From positions 37,675 through 101,674 of the forward strand of contig JBBRLQ010000029.1 in NCBI GenBank assembly GCA_038231275.1: a stretch of 64,000 nt of DNA, in the 5' to 3' direction. The translations under genes and the position numbers were made by a program. The notes below the pieces were generated by a model that worked only from the letters and a program-made list of their open reading frames with translations, ran no database searches and was not told the DNA's origin. Source of the DNA: Polyangiales bacterium (GTDB taxonomy: Bacteria > Myxococcota_A > Polyangia > Polyangiales > Polyangiaceae). Shown here piece by piece: positions 37,732 to 48,017 of the stretch (within the stretch, counting starts at the first letter, position 1; each line of letters begins with the position of its first letter).

Positions 37732-39099
37732 ATGAAGCGTTCGGGAACGGCGGTACTGGGAGCGACAGTGACTCTGGGGGTGGCCGCGCTGGCGCTCTTC
37801 GGGTGCGCGCGAGGAAGTAACGCCGCCGGCTACGACTCCGCCGACGCGGGGACGTTCGCGTCCGACCCGACGTTCAACGGCCCTGCGGCGGTCAGCTGCA
37901 CCAACCTCCAGTGTCGCCAGCAGACGTGCGCCGGCAAGGCGAAGACGACGGTGAGCGGCACGGTCTACGATCCCGCGGGAAAGAGCCCGCTCTACAACGT
38001 CATCGTCTACGTCCCCAACGCGCCGCTCGAGCCCCAGGCTGTCGGCGCCACGTGCGCGCGCTGCGGCTCGGTCCTGTCGGGGCAGCCCATCGTCACGGCG
38101 CTCACCGACACGCACGGTCACTTCGTCCTCGAGAACGTGCCGGTCGGAGAGAACGTTCCGGTGGTCGTCCAGATCGGGAAATGGCGCCGCCAGGTCACGG
38201 TGCCCAACGTTCGCGCGTGCCAGGACAACGAGTACGGCGATCGCGAGACGTTCCGACTCCCGAAGAACCAGAAGGAAGGGGAGCTGCCCCGCATCGCGCT
38301 GTCGACCGGCTGCGATCCGATGGAGTGCCTCATCCGCAAGATCGGGATCGACGACGCCGAGTTCACGGCCGGCGACGGCAGCGGTCGCGTCCATCTCTAT
38401 CGCGGCACAGGCGGCGGCGGAGTCGAGGGCTCGACCTCGGCGTACGACTTCTGGACCGACGAAGCGAAGCTCTCCACGTACGACGTTGTCATCAACGCGT
38501 GCGAGTGCAAGCCGTACGCGCGCGGCCCCGGCGCCTACACGTCGATGCAGCACTTCCTCGACAAGGGCGGTCGCTTCTTCGGCTCGCACTATCACTACAA
38601 CTGGTTCACCGACGTCCCGAGCGAGACCAACGAAGCGGTCGAATGGACGCCGGGCGGAAAGTGCAACGCGGGGCCGAACCTCGTCGACGACACATTCCCG
38701 AAAGGCAAGGCGCTGGCGGAGTGGCTCATGGTGACGGGCGGCTCCACGAAGTACGGCGAAATCCCGCTCTCCTGCGCGCCCCTCGACGTCTCGCGCACCA
38801 AGAACAAGCTCGCAACCGGCTGGATCTTCGACAGCCCCACGCAATCGCCGAGCTACGTCTCGTTCAACACGCCGGTCGCCGCGGCCGATCCAAAGGACCA
38901 ATGCGGCCGCGTCGTCTTCGCGGATCTGCACGTGACGCAAGAAAACCACGGAGACCTCGCCGGCCTCACGTACCCCAACGGGTGCCTCTCGCCGGACCTG
39001 ACCGCGCAGGAGAAGGCGCTCGAGTTCATGTTCTTCGATCTGTCGTCGTGCGTCCTCGACGACAGCAAGGCCCCGACGGTCCCGCAGCCGGTGCGCTGA
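37732..39099 (+). CDS. Lipoprotein with carboxypeptidase-regulatory-like domain (myxobacterial family)
   Basis: LFGC lipobox; TTVSGTVYDPAG..PLYNVIVYVP, GKWRRQV, QEKALEFMFFDLSSC; GGAGG RBS. Confidence 0.85.
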   Translation: MKRSGTAVLGATVTLGVAALALFGCARGSNAAGYDSADAGTFASDPTFNGPAAVSCTNLQCRQQTCAGKAKTTVSGTVYDPAGKSPLYNVIVYVPNAPLEPQAVGATCARCGSVLSGQPIVTALTDTHGHFVLENVPVGENVPVVVQIGKWRRQVTVPNVRACQDNEYGDRETFRLPKNQKEGELPRIALSTGCDPMECLIRKIGIDDAEFTAGDGSGRVHLYRGTGGGGVEGSTSAYDFWTDEAKLSTYDVVINACECKPYARGPGAYTSMQHFLDKGGRFFGSHYHYNWFTDVPSETNEAVEWTPGGKCNAGPNLVDDTFPKGKALAEWLMVTGGSTKYGEIPLSCAPLDVSRTKNKLATGWIFDSPTQSPSYVSFNTPVAAADPKDQCGRVVFADLHVTQENHGDLAGLTYPNGCLSPDLTAQEKALEFMFFDLSSCVLDDSKAPTVPQPVR

Positions 39100-39115
39100 T
39101 CGCCGTGAGCGCGGG

Positions 39116-40039
39116 TCAGCTCGCGCCGAGCCGAGTCAGCCCGCGCACGACGCGCACGAGCCCGATCACGATCGCCCCCGTCGTCACGATGTAGCGCCCG
39201 CCGCCTCCTGACGACGCCGCCGAGTACGAGACGAGCGTGACGAGCAGGCCGCCGCCGAGCCACAGGCCGCCGATGACAAGATCGCGCTGCGCGGATGCGC
39301 GCGGCGTTGGCTCCGCGAGCGGAACTCCAATGCCCGCCCGGCGAACGCCGACCGCGTGCAGTCGGTAGAGGACGACGAGCATCACGGCCGAAAATCCCGC
39401 GTGCAAGAGCAGCGTGAAGATCCGATACGGGAGGGAGAACGGCCCATCCAGAAAGTACGCGCGCATCACTTCGAAGGGGAGCGCCCAGCGGACGAGAGGA
39501 ATGAGCGCCGAGAAGACGCGCATGGACACGTAGGCCGGCGTCATCCACGGGGCGACGATGCCCCCCTCGCCGCCGAGCCGGCGGAGCGCCAGCCAGAAGA
39601 CGAGATCGGTCGCGAAGGCGAGCCCCACGAGCCCTACCTCCACCACGAAGCCGAGGGGATCGTGCCCGTAGTGAAAGATCGACGGACCGCCGACGAGCGC
39701 GAGCCCCTGGAGCAGCGCGACGACGAGGCTCGCCACCGCCAGCCCTAGCGCGGTCCGCAAGAGCGAGTACGCGTCGAGACCCTTCTGGCCCCGCGCCATC
39801 GTCATGAGAAAGGCGACGCCGACGGCCTGGATCACGATCCACACCACCTCGGTCGCCTTGAACATCTCGTCGGCGAGCTGGCCGATCAGGCCGCTGGAGA
39901 ATTGGGCGACCGCGAAGACGATCGTGTAGAGCGCGAGATCCACGAGACCGAGAACGAAGAGCCCGAACGCGCCGGGCGCCGGTCGCGCGGGGGCTTCGAC
40001 GGCATCGGCCGCGCCGGTCGGAACCATCGGGGACGTCAT
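39116..40039 (-). CDS. Multi-pass membrane protein
   Basis: About 8 hydrophobic helices; C-terminal GGRYIVTTGAIVIG. Confidence 0.75.
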   Translation of the reverse strand: MTSPMVPTGAADAVEAPARPAPGAFGLFVLGLVDLALYTIVFAVAQFSSGLIGQLADEMFKATEVVWIVIQAVGVAFLMTMARGQKGLDAYSLLRTALGLAVASLVVALLQGLALVGGPSIFHYGHDPLGFVVEVGLVGLAFATDLVFWLALRRLGGEGGIVAPWMTPAYVSMRVFSALIPLVRWALPFEVMRAYFLDGPFSLPYRIFTLLLHAGFSAVMLVVLYRLHAVGVRRAGIGVPLAEPTPRASAQRDLVIGGLWLGGGLLVTLVSYSAASSGGGGRYIVTTGAIVIGLVRVVRGLTRLGAS

Positions 40040-40258
40040 CGCCGACCGAGGAAGGAACCAACGACGACGAACACGGGGTCGATGAGGTCACGCATGCCCC
40101 GGCACCTTGCCATGCGCTCTCGTTGCGGCGCCAGTGAGCCGGTAACTTCGGGGGGGCGTGTCTCCCGCGAGACGTGGCTCGAGAGTCTCACGGCAGCCGG
40201 TGCGCGGATCGCCCGGAGGTTCGTCACAAATTTCCGGCGACTAGGGATGATCAGGTAG

Positions 40259-41356
40259 GTGATCTGGGTGCGCCGTGCCTTCGTCGTCGGGTCCGCGGCC
40301 CTCGCCGCCGCCGCTCTCCTGGCGTGCCCGCGGCGCGGCGGAAGGATCCCTTCGCGCGCGGACGCCGACGCTGACGCCGCGGAGACCGCCACCCCACGCG
40401 ATGCGAGCGCGATCGACGTCGCGCCAATCGACGCCGGACCGCCGCCCATCGACGCCTCGGACGACGCGCGCGATCTCCACAAAGCCACGACCGCGGGCCT
40501 GCTCGATCTCCTTCCGTACGCCGCCGAAACCAAGTACATGGGCGCCGTCCTCGGCCCCGTCGTCGGCAAGATGAGCCAGGGAAACCCGGCGATCGCCCAG
40601 CACGCGGTCTCGAAGAAGGCGTGCCTCGAGGGCCTCCGCGACATCGTCATCCAGACGGGCGAGCAGCGGCGCATCTGCGGCGCCGACAACATGGTCCCCA
40701 TCTACAAGGGCGGCGACATCAGCAAGGCGAAGACGTGCATCGACGTCTTCGAGTTCCCGAATCAACCCTGCGAGCTCCCGTTCGTGTGGGTGCCGCCGTC
40801 GATGGCCGAGCGCGTGTGCGAGCTGGGCGGCAAGCGCCTCTGCGCGCAGGAGGAATGGAACCTCGCCTGCAAGGGAGATCCCGAGGGCGGCAAGGACAGC
40901 ATCTACGCGTACGGCGAAGATCTGGACATGACGATCTGCAACACCAACAAGCCTCACCCGATGGGCCCCGACGGCCGCAACTGGATCTGCTGGGTGAAGG
41001 ACGCGGAGACCGCGTTCAGGACGTGCGAGACCGACACCGAGCCGGCCGGGGCCTTCCCGCGGTGCCGCTCGCGCTTCGGCGTCTTCGATCAGCACGGCAA
41101 CGTCGCCGAGATCATGACCCGCAAGGCCGGCGACGTCGTCTACACACAACTGAAGGGGAGCGCGTTCTTCTACGTGGACGTCGCGCGCAAGCACAACGTC
41201 CCGCACCCCGCCGGCGCGCTACACGACACGTACCCCGATCACTGCAACTACGATCCGCGGTGGCACGTCGAGGTCCTCGGCGAGGCGCTCCACACGAACT
41301 ACCACCTCGGTTTTCGCTGCTGCAAAACCGTCACGGATGAGCGCAGGGATCGCTAG
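40259..41356 (+). CDS. FGE-sulfatase-like lipoprotein
   Basis: LLAC lipobox; CIDVFEFPN, GKRLCAQEEW, DQHGNVAE, GFRCCK. Confidence 0.85.
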   Translation: MIWVRRAFVVGSAALAAAALLACPRRGGRIPSRADADADAAETATPRDASAIDVAPIDAGPPPIDASDDARDLHKATTAGLLDLLPYAAETKYMGAVLGPVVGKMSQGNPAIAQHAVSKKACLEGLRDIVIQTGEQRRICGADNMVPIYKGGDISKAKTCIDVFEFPNQPCELPFVWVPPSMAERVCELGGKRLCAQEEWNLACKGDPEGGKDSIYAYGEDLDMTICNTNKPHPMGPDGRNWICWVKDAETAFRTCETDTEPAGAFPRCRSRFGVFDQHGNVAEIMTRKAGDVVYTQLKGSAFFYVDVARKHNVPHPAGALHDTYPDHCNYDPRWHVEVLGEALHTNYHLGFRCCKTVTDERRDR

Positions 41357-42260
41357 CGGGCGTCGCGGTCCCCGTCGTGGGCGCCGGGTTGCCGCTCCCC
41401 ATGGTGCCGCCGTGATCGCCGCCGCCGGAGGGAACCGGATCGGGTCCGGCGTCCGTCGCGCCGCCGCCGCCCGCGTCGTGCGAGCCGCCTGCGTCGTGCG
41501 CGCCGGCGTCCGCCACCGCGCCGCCGCCGTTGAACTTGACGAGATCGGCGAGCGTGCCGTTGAACTCGTCGACGTCCACGTTCCCGCTGATCCCCGAGAT
41601 CGATCCGGTCGACGAGCTCTGCCAGAACTTCCAGTGCGTCCAGTTCGACGGCATGGTGGGGCAGGTGACGCCATAGTTGGCGACCCATAGCGGGTACGCG
41701 GTGAAGCCTGTGCCGACGTTCCCGCTCATGAACGCGGCGGTGTAGATGATCGGCGTGCGACCGGTCTTCAGCTGGACGCGATCGAGCCACTTCTTCATGT
41801 TCGCTTGGATCGTGGCCGGCGCGACGCCGTCGGAGACCTCCATGTCCATCACCGGCGCCATGTCGCCGTCCTGGAGCGTGCCGAGCTTCGAGACCATCAG
41901 ATCGGCTTGCTGGATCGGATCCTCGCCCGGGCGGAAGAACTGGTAGGCGCCGCGGATGACGCCCGCGGCCTTCATGCCGGCCCAGTTCGTCGGGAACGTC
42001 GCGTCGACGTGGGTGAGGCCGTCCGAGACACGCGCGATGCCGAAGACGTTGCCCGCGGCCTTCACCTTCGACCAGCTCACGGTCCCCTGGTAGGTGGACA
42101 CGTCGACGCCCTTCACGACGGGTCCGGCGGCGCACACGCTGAGCGCTTGACCCGTCGACGAGCACGCCGATTCGGGGCTCCCCGAGGAGGAGCACCCGGC
42201 GATGGCAAAGAGCCCCGCCGCGAGCGACGTGACGACAGAGAGAGCGAGCGCGCGAGTCAT
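41331..42260 (-). CDS. GH25 lysozyme (Chalaropsis-type muramidase) lipoprotein
   Basis: GVDVSTYQG, GAYQFF, DME (DxE), WVANYG, FWQ, VDVD; IAGC lipobox. Confidence 0.92.
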   Translation of the reverse strand: MTRALALSVVTSLAAGLFAIAGCSSSGSPESACSSTGQALSVCAAGPVVKGVDVSTYQGTVSWSKVKAAGNVFGIARVSDGLTHVDATFPTNWAGMKAAGVIRGAYQFFRPGEDPIQQADLMVSKLGTLQDGDMAPVMDMEVSDGVAPATIQANMKKWLDRVQLKTGRTPIIYTAAFMSGNVGTGFTAYPLWVANYGVTCPTMPSNWTHWKFWQSSSTGSISGISGNVDVDEFNGTLADLVKFNGGGAVADAGAHDAGGSHDAGGGGATDAGPDPVPSGGGDHGGTMGSGNPAPTTGTATPASDPCAHP

Positions 42261-42271
42261 GCCCGCGCTTT

Positions 42272-42287
42272 AGCGAGAGCCGTGCCG
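42272..42287 (-). promoter_or_regulatory. sigma54-like -24/-12 promoter of GH25 gene
   Basis: CGGCACGGCTCTCGCT, 12 nt from ATG. Confidence 0.55.
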
Positions 42288-42352
42288 TCTCGACGGCGTC
42301 GTTCGCGCGTACGCCACGCGGAGTTTTGGCTGGCGCGGACGTTCTCCATCGC

Positions 42353-42401
42353 GAGGGCTCGCGAACCCTCTTCGCGAGCCCTCACGGCCTCGCGAAGAGG
42401 G
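42353..42401. repeat. Two overlapping perfect 13-bp inverted repeats
   Basis: GAGGGCTCGCGAA/TTCGCGAGCCCTC and CCCTCTTCGCGAG/CTCGCGAAGAGGG share the middle segment. Confidence 0.85.
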
Positions 42402-42437
42402 ACGATGGGACCGTGACCTACACGCGCGCCGCGTTCC

Positions 42438-43427
42438 TCACGTCTCTTCGTCGGGCACGCCGCCGCCCATGCGCGCGAGATCCTCTTGCCGGACCTTGTC
42501 CGTGTTGAACTTCGCCGCCTTGTCGCGCATCGTCTCGAGCACCTTCTCGGCGGGCGGCAAATCTCCTTGGATCCACCGGATCGGGTTGATGCGCGCCACC
42601 ACGAACGATCGCAGGTACGGGCTCGTGAGACCCTTCTCGCGGAGCTTCGCCACCGCCGCGACGACGTTCGTCTCCACTTCCAGCGTGAGCGTCGCGAGCT
42701 TCTCGCGCACCTTGATCGCCTTCGCGATGGGCTCGTCGCGGAACGAGTCGACGCGGCGGAGAACCGGATGGTACGCGCCTCCCGCGAAGCGCCCGTTCTG
42801 CTCGTAACAAACGCCGAGCGTCACGAGCGCCGGGTCCTCGAGGTAAAACGCGAAGCCGTTCTCGGCGCGCGAGCCGTCCTCGTCGAGGAGTCCGCGGTAG
42901 ATGCGAATGACCTCGGAGGCGCGCTCCTTCAGGTTGTGCGCCTTCTCGGTGTTGAGCGCGAGGATCTGCCACGCGACCTCGCGATCGGGCACGACGAGCG
43001 CGGTGATCGATTTCGCGCCGAGCCGTCGCATCGCCTCGAGGCGGTGACGGCCGTTCGGTGTCCAGAACGCGGACGTCGCCCCCTTCGGCGCAGTGATCGC
43101 GATGACCGGATCGAGGAAGCGCGCGGTCTTCTGGATCACCTCGGCGAGGCGCTTGTGGTGCGCGTCGGAGAGATCGCGCTGGAACGGCGTCGGCTCGATT
43201 GCGCCCACCGGCAGGATCGCGAGCCCGAGGGGGCGCCCTCCAAGCGGATCGACGTACGCGCCGACGAGCACGCCGCCCGCGCGCGTCACCGCCTCGCCGG
43301 TCTCGCCGAGATCGACGCCTCCTTCGGGCAAGCACGCGCGCGGATCGAGCCCCGCGGTATCGGCCTTCTGCTTCCTCGGGGTCCTGCGTTTCGGAGCGGC
43401 GCGGGTGGGCTTCTTAGCGGCGGCCAT
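42438..43427 (-). CDS. ParB/Srx-like N-terminal domain protein
   Basis: PTPFQRD, FLDPVI, NGRHRLEA (GxxRxxA), ALNTEK. Confidence 0.82.
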   Translation of the reverse strand: MAAAKKPTRAAPKRRTPRKQKADTAGLDPRACLPEGGVDLGETGEAVTRAGGVLVGAYVDPLGGRPLGLAILPVGAIEPTPFQRDLSDAHHKRLAEVIQKTARFLDPVIAITAPKGATSAFWTPNGRHRLEAMRRLGAKSITALVVPDREVAWQILALNTEKAHNLKERASEVIRIYRGLLDEDGSRAENGFAFYLEDPALVTLGVCYEQNGRFAGGAYHPVLRRVDSFRDEPIAKAIKVREKLATLTLEVETNVVAAVAKLREKGLTSPYLRSFVVARINPIRWIQGDLPPAEKVLETMRDKAAKFNTDKVRQEDLARMGGGVPDEET

Positions 43428-43503
43428 GGCGCGGAAATACCACGTTTCGTAGCTTTCTTGGCTGGAAGGAGGATATCCGCCTACATGGGAAGGGGAGGTC
43501 CCG

Positions 43504-44295
43504 ATGTTCGTCGCACCCGCCGCTGAGTTCCCCAACGACAACCCCGCGCTTCATCATGGCGCGATCTGGTCGAACCGCGAGCCCTGCGGCCCTCTCGAAA
43601 TGGAGGCGCGCGAGATCGAGGACGTCGTCGTCGCCGCGCTGACGGAGACCACGACCCCGCCGCAAGTGGCCCCGGCGCCCGAGCCGCCGCTCGTGGCGGA
43701 GGTGGCAGCGGAGCTGGCGTCGGAATCAGAGTCGGAGCCGGCGTCGGAACCGGAGTCCGAAGCCGAGCCAGAATCGGCGACGGAGATCGTGCTGGCGGTG
43801 GCCGTCGAGCGGGACGTGCCCGTTCCCCTGGAGAGCCTCATCGTCCTGTCCGCGGCGCCGCGCGACGAGATCGAGCCGCCGCTCGTCGACGAAGAGATCG
43901 TCGTCGAGGAGCTCGACTTCGATCTGTCCAATGTCCCGATCGAGACGAGCGCGCCGCCGTCGCTCCCGCAGATGCCGGAGCCTCCGCCGACGATCGAGGA
44001 GGATGCGTACGCGCACCTCGTGAACACGCTCGAGGCCGTCGCCGTCGCCGAAGGGGGAAGCGCCGAGGCGGTGACCGCGCTGCTCGAGGGGAGCGAGATG
44101 GAGACCGCGCGGGCGTGGCGCGCCGTCCTGCGGGGAGAGAACGACGACATCTCGACGTGCGGCGCCGCGATGCTCGACGAGTGGGCAGCAGCCGTTGTCG
44201 CAGGCGCGATTGGGGCGCCCAGCAGGGCAACGGCGCTTCGACGCGAGCTGCGATCCCGCGGCGTTTGCGCGTTCGGGCTCATCGAAGCCGCGTAA
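43504..44295 (+). CDS. Acidic hypothetical protein
   Basis: GGAGGT RBS; EPESE low-complexity middle; LDEWAA..RRELRSRGVCAFG C-terminus. Confidence 0.75.
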   Translation: MFVAPAAEFPNDNPALHHGAIWSNREPCGPLEMEAREIEDVVVAALTETTTPPQVAPAPEPPLVAEVAAELASESESEPASEPESEAEPESATEIVLAVAVERDVPVPLESLIVLSAAPRDEIEPPLVDEEIVVEELDFDLSNVPIETSAPPSLPQMPEPPPTIEEDAYAHLVNTLEAVAVAEGGSAEAVTALLEGSEMETARAWRAVLRGENDDISTCGAAMLDEWAAAVVAGAIGAPSRATALRRELRSRGVCAFGLIEAA

Positions 44296-44299
44296 GCGC

Positions 44300-45331
44300 T
44301 CACCAGTCGCAGATGGCGCTGCCCCACGTGAAGCCGCTGCCGAAGGCGACCATCGCCACCTTCATCCCGCGCTTCAACTTCCCATTCCGCTCCGACTCCG
44401 CGAGCAAGATCGGGATCGTCGCCGCCGTCGTGTTTCCGTAGCGCTGGATGTTGTGCACCACCTTGTCCTCTGGCAAGGACAGCTGCTGCGCGACGTACTG
44501 GTTGATCCGCATGTTCGCCTGGTGAAAGCAGAAGAGATCGATGTCCTTCAGCTCGAGCTGGAGCTCCCAGCACGCCTGCATCAGCGCGAGGCACATTTTT
44601 TCGACGGCGTGCTTGAACACGATCTTCCCGTCCATGTGCGCCCACGCGTTCTCCGGCGTGACCTGGCCGACGCCCTCCGCGTTCATCGGGATGAACGGGC
44701 GCTTCTTGATGTCCCAGACCTTTTGACAGAGGTTCAGACCGAAGCGCCCATCCGCGCCGAGCCACGCGCCTCGGATGCCGCGGTCCTCGTTCGTGCCGCT
44801 CACGACCACCGCGCCGGCCCCATCGCCGAACAGCGACGACACCGTGCGCCCGCGCGTCGAAAAATCGAGCGCCGCCGAGTGCGTCTCCGCGCCGACGAGG
44901 AGGACGTGCTTGAACTGGCCACTCATCACCATCGCGCGTGCCGTGGTGAGGCCGTAGAGGAAGCCCGAGCACTGGTTGCGGATGTCCATCGCCGGAACGA
45001 ACTTCGGCGAATCGCCGTCGCACAGCCCGAGCTTCTGCTGAAGGAAGACGCCGCTGCCGGGGAAGCAGTGGTCCGGGGAGAGGGTGGCAAACAGGATCAT
45101 GTCGAGATCCTTCTTGTCGATCCCCGCCGCCGCGATCGCGTCGATCGACGCCTGCACCGCGAGGTCCGACGACCCCACGCCTTCCTCCGCGAACCGCCGC
45201 GATTCGATGCCGGTCCGCTGGTGGATCCAATCGTGGGTCGTATCAATCCCGTACTGCGTCCGCAGGTCGTCGTTCGTCACGACCCGCGGCGGAACGTAGA
45301 AGCCGGTTCCCGAGATATAGGCGTTCTGCAC
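44300..45331 (-). CDS. fabH: 3-oxoacyl-ACP synthase III family
   Basis: RTGIESRR, NQCSGF, FGDGAGA, HQAN, GNTTAATIP, FGSGFTWG. Confidence 0.9.
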   Translation of the reverse strand: MQNAYISGTGFYVPPRVVTNDDLRTQYGIDTTHDWIHQRTGIESRRFAEEGVGSSDLAVQASIDAIAAAGIDKKDLDMILFATLSPDHCFPGSGVFLQQKLGLCDGDSPKFVPAMDIRNQCSGFLYGLTTARAMVMSGQFKHVLLVGAETHSAALDFSTRGRTVSSLFGDGAGAVVVSGTNEDRGIRGAWLGADGRFGLNLCQKVWDIKKRPFIPMNAEGVGQVTPENAWAHMDGKIVFKHAVEKMCLALMQACWELQLELKDIDLFCFHQANMRINQYVAQQLSLPEDKVVHNIQRYGNTTAATIPILLAESERNGKLKRGMKVAMVAFGSGFTWGSAICDW

Positions 45332-45516
45332 GACCAGAATCCTAATTCAACGCCCATCACAAAACTGTCACGATCGGCGTGTTTTCAGGCCCATCGTGAG
45401 ACGCGCGCTTCTCCGAAGGCGATTTCGGGGGCGCCTCGAGAGATTGCGCCGCTCGGCGCGCCGCGGGCCGAATCGCGCGTCACGTCGACGGCGCGCATGC
45501 GAAGCTCGCGCGCGTG

Positions 45517-46728
45517 ATGCGTTCCCGTTCCTTCTCCGTCGCCCTCGGGACCTCCATGGCCTTGATCGGCTGCGTACCGCCATCGACGCCCCCGTCGGGG
45601 TCGCTCGGACCCTCGCGAGTGCCCGGGTCCACCGTCGCGCGCGCGACCGACGCACCGCGACCTCATGCTGCGCCGGGCCGCGCGCCGCGTGCGCGCGATC
45701 TCGGCATCCCGTTCAGCGGGACGCCGGGGCCGCTTGGCGCCATCACCGACGTCGCCGGGGTCGAGGTAGGGCACCGCACGCTCATCGAGGGCGATCGCGT
45801 GCGCACAGGCGTGACCGCGATTTTTCCGCGGGGACGCGCGGCGGCGGAAGGCGTCTTCGCGGCGTGGGCGACGCTCAACGGCAACGGCGAGATGACCGGG
45901 ACGACGTTCATCGACGAGACGGGCTGGTTGGGTGGGCCTGTGCTCCTGACCGGCACCGAGAGCGTTGGTCTCGCACGCGACGCGGCGATCACGTGGATGT
46001 TGAAGCACTACAAAGAGAGGGAGGTGAGCCTCCTCCCCGTCGTCGGCGAGACGTGGGACGGATGGTTGAACGATCTGCCGGGCATGCACGTCCACGCCAC
46101 CGACGTCGTTGCGGCGCTCGATGCGGCCGCGCCAGGGCCCGTCGCGGAGGGGAGCGTGGGCGGCGGCACCGGCATGGTCTGCCACGGCTTCAAGGGCGGC
46201 ATCGGCACGACGTCACGGCGCGTGCACACCAAGGTCGGCGATTTCGTCGTCGGTGTGCTCGTGCAATGCAACTATGGTCGGCGATCGCAGCTCCGCATTG
46301 CCGGAGTGCCGATGGAGCCCGGCCTTACGGCGCCCCCCGACACCCGACCGAAGCCCGAACAGGGGTCCATCCTGGTCATCGTCGCGACGGACGCGCCGCT
46401 CCTCCCGATGCAGCTGAAGCGCCTCGCCAAGCGTGTTCCGTTGGGCATCGGGCGCATGGGGGGAATCGGCGGCATCGAGTCTGGCGATCTTTTCCTCGCG
46501 TTCTCGACCGCGAACCGAAACGCGGCGACGGATGAAGGGATCGCGACGATAAAGATGTTTCCCGATCCCGAAATCGACCCCCTGCTCGAGGCAACGATCG
46601 ACGGAACGGAGGAGGCGATCGTGAACGCGATGGTCGCCGCCGACCGAATGATCGGGATCGACGGACACACGGTCGAGCGCTTGCCGCACGACCGCGTGCG
46701 CGAGATCCTCCGCGCGCACGGACGTTGA
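45517..46728 (+). CDS. DmpA-like peptidase S58 (P1 family), lipoprotein
   Basis: AITDVAGVEVGH, GSVGGGTGM, FKGGIGT, QG/SI autoprocessing site, SGD; LIGC lipobox. Confidence 0.92.
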   Translation: MRSRSFSVALGTSMALIGCVPPSTPPSGSLGPSRVPGSTVARATDAPRPHAAPGRAPRARDLGIPFSGTPGPLGAITDVAGVEVGHRTLIEGDRVRTGVTAIFPRGRAAAEGVFAAWATLNGNGEMTGTTFIDETGWLGGPVLLTGTESVGLARDAAITWMLKHYKEREVSLLPVVGETWDGWLNDLPGMHVHATDVVAALDAAAPGPVAEGSVGGGTGMVCHGFKGGIGTTSRRVHTKVGDFVVGVLVQCNYGRRSQLRIAGVPMEPGLTAPPDTRPKPEQGSILVIVATDAPLLPMQLKRLAKRVPLGIGRMGGIGGIESGDLFLAFSTANRNAATDEGIATIKMFPDPEIDPLLEATIDGTEEAIVNAMVAADRMIGIDGHTVERLPHDRVREILRAHGR

Positions 46729-46788
46729 TGTCGCCGCGGAGGCTTTGGGCGAAGCCACGTCAATCGTGGCGGTAGAGACCGGCGGAGC

Positions 46789-47970
46789 TCAGTTCCTTCG
46801 GTACATCGTCATCACGCAAGCTCCCCCGAGGCCGAGGTTGTGCTGGAGCGCCACCTTGGCGTTCGGGACCTGGCGCTTGTCGGCGGTGCCGCGGAGCTGC
46901 CACACGAGCTCGGTGCATTGCGCGAGGCCGGTGGCGCCGAGCGGGTGACCCTTCGAGAGGAGTCCGCCCGACGGGTTCGTGACCCACTTGCCGCCGTACG
47001 TGTTCTGGCCTTCCCAGATGAACTTCTCCGCCTCGCCCTCGTTCGCGAGGCCGATCGCCTCGTACGTGAGGAGCTCGTTCGCGGTGAAGCAGTCGTGGAG
47101 CTCGATGACCTGCACGTCCTTCGGCCCGAGACCGGCCTCGTCGTACACCTTCTTCGCGCACTCCTTGGCCATGTCGTAGCCGACCATCTTGATCATGCTC
47201 TTCGGCTCGAACGACGACGGGTAGTCGGTCGTCATCGCCTGCGCCGCGATGTAGACGGGGTTCGCGATGCCGTGCTTCTTCGCGAAGTCGTCGGAGCAGA
47301 GGACCGCCGCCGCGGCGCCACACGTGGGCGGGCAGCACTGGTAGCGCGTGAGGGGATCGAAGACCTCCTCACTCGCCATGACCTCTTCGACCGACAAGAC
47401 CTGGTTGAAGATCGCGAACGGGTTGTTCGACGCGTGCTTCCTGGCCTTCTCGCTGATCTTCGCGAACGTCTCGCGCTTGGTGCCGTAGCGCCAGCGGTAC
47501 TCGCGCCCCGCGCCGCCGAACATCTGCGCCGCGCCGGGGGCCTGCGTGAAGCCCTGCACGTCGTTCATGACCATCGCGTGCTTCTCGAGCGGGTTCGCGC
47601 GGTCGCTGAATTTGCTGCCGAGCGCGCCCTTCTCCATCTTCTCGAAGCCGACGGCGATCGCGCACTCGACGATGCCGCCCTCGACCGCCTGCTTGGCGAG
47701 CATGAGCGCCGTCGAGCCGGTCGAGCAGTTGTTGTTCACGTTGAACACCGGGATGCCGGTGAGGCCGATCTCGTAGATGGCGCGCTGGCCGCAGGTCGAG
47801 TCGCCGTAGACGTACCCCGCGTACGCCTGCTGCACCTCGCCGTACGGGACCTTCGCGTCCTCGAGCGCGGCGCGTCCCGCCTTGCTCGCCATCTCGTGGT
47901 AGTCCTCGCTCGCGCCGGGCTTGGCGAACTTGGTCATCCCGACGCCGATCACGTTCACGTTGCGCTTCAT
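46789..47970 (-). CDS. SCPx-type thiolase (lipid-transfer protein)
   Basis: [41 protein letters not shown]. Confidence 0.93.
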   Translation of the reverse strand: MKRNVNVIGVGMTKFAKPGASEDYHEMASKAGRAALEDAKVPYGEVQQAYAGYVYGDSTCGQRAIYEIGLTGIPVFNVNNNCSTGSTALMLAKQAVEGGIVECAIAVGFEKMEKGALGSKFSDRANPLEKHAMVMNDVQGFTQAPGAAQMFGGAGREYRWRYGTKRETFAKISEKARKHASNNPFAIFNQVLSVEEVMASEEVFDPLTRYQCCPPTCGAAAAVLCSDDFAKKHGIANPVYIAAQAMTTDYPSSFEPKSMIKMVGYDMAKECAKKVYDEAGLGPKDVQVIELHDCFTANELLTYEAIGLANEGEAEKFIWEGQNTYGGKWVTNPSGGLLSKGHPLGATGLAQCTELVWQLRGTADKRQVPNAKVALQHNLGLGGACVMTMYRRN

Positions 47971-48017
47971 GGTCGTTCTCCTGTTCCTGCGTGCGTGTTC
48001 GCGAGGGTCAGACGATG

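Noticed and set aside
41331..42260. GH25 as a prophage endolysin
   Set aside because: It has a lipoprotein signal, and no holin, integrase or phage structural genes are nearby
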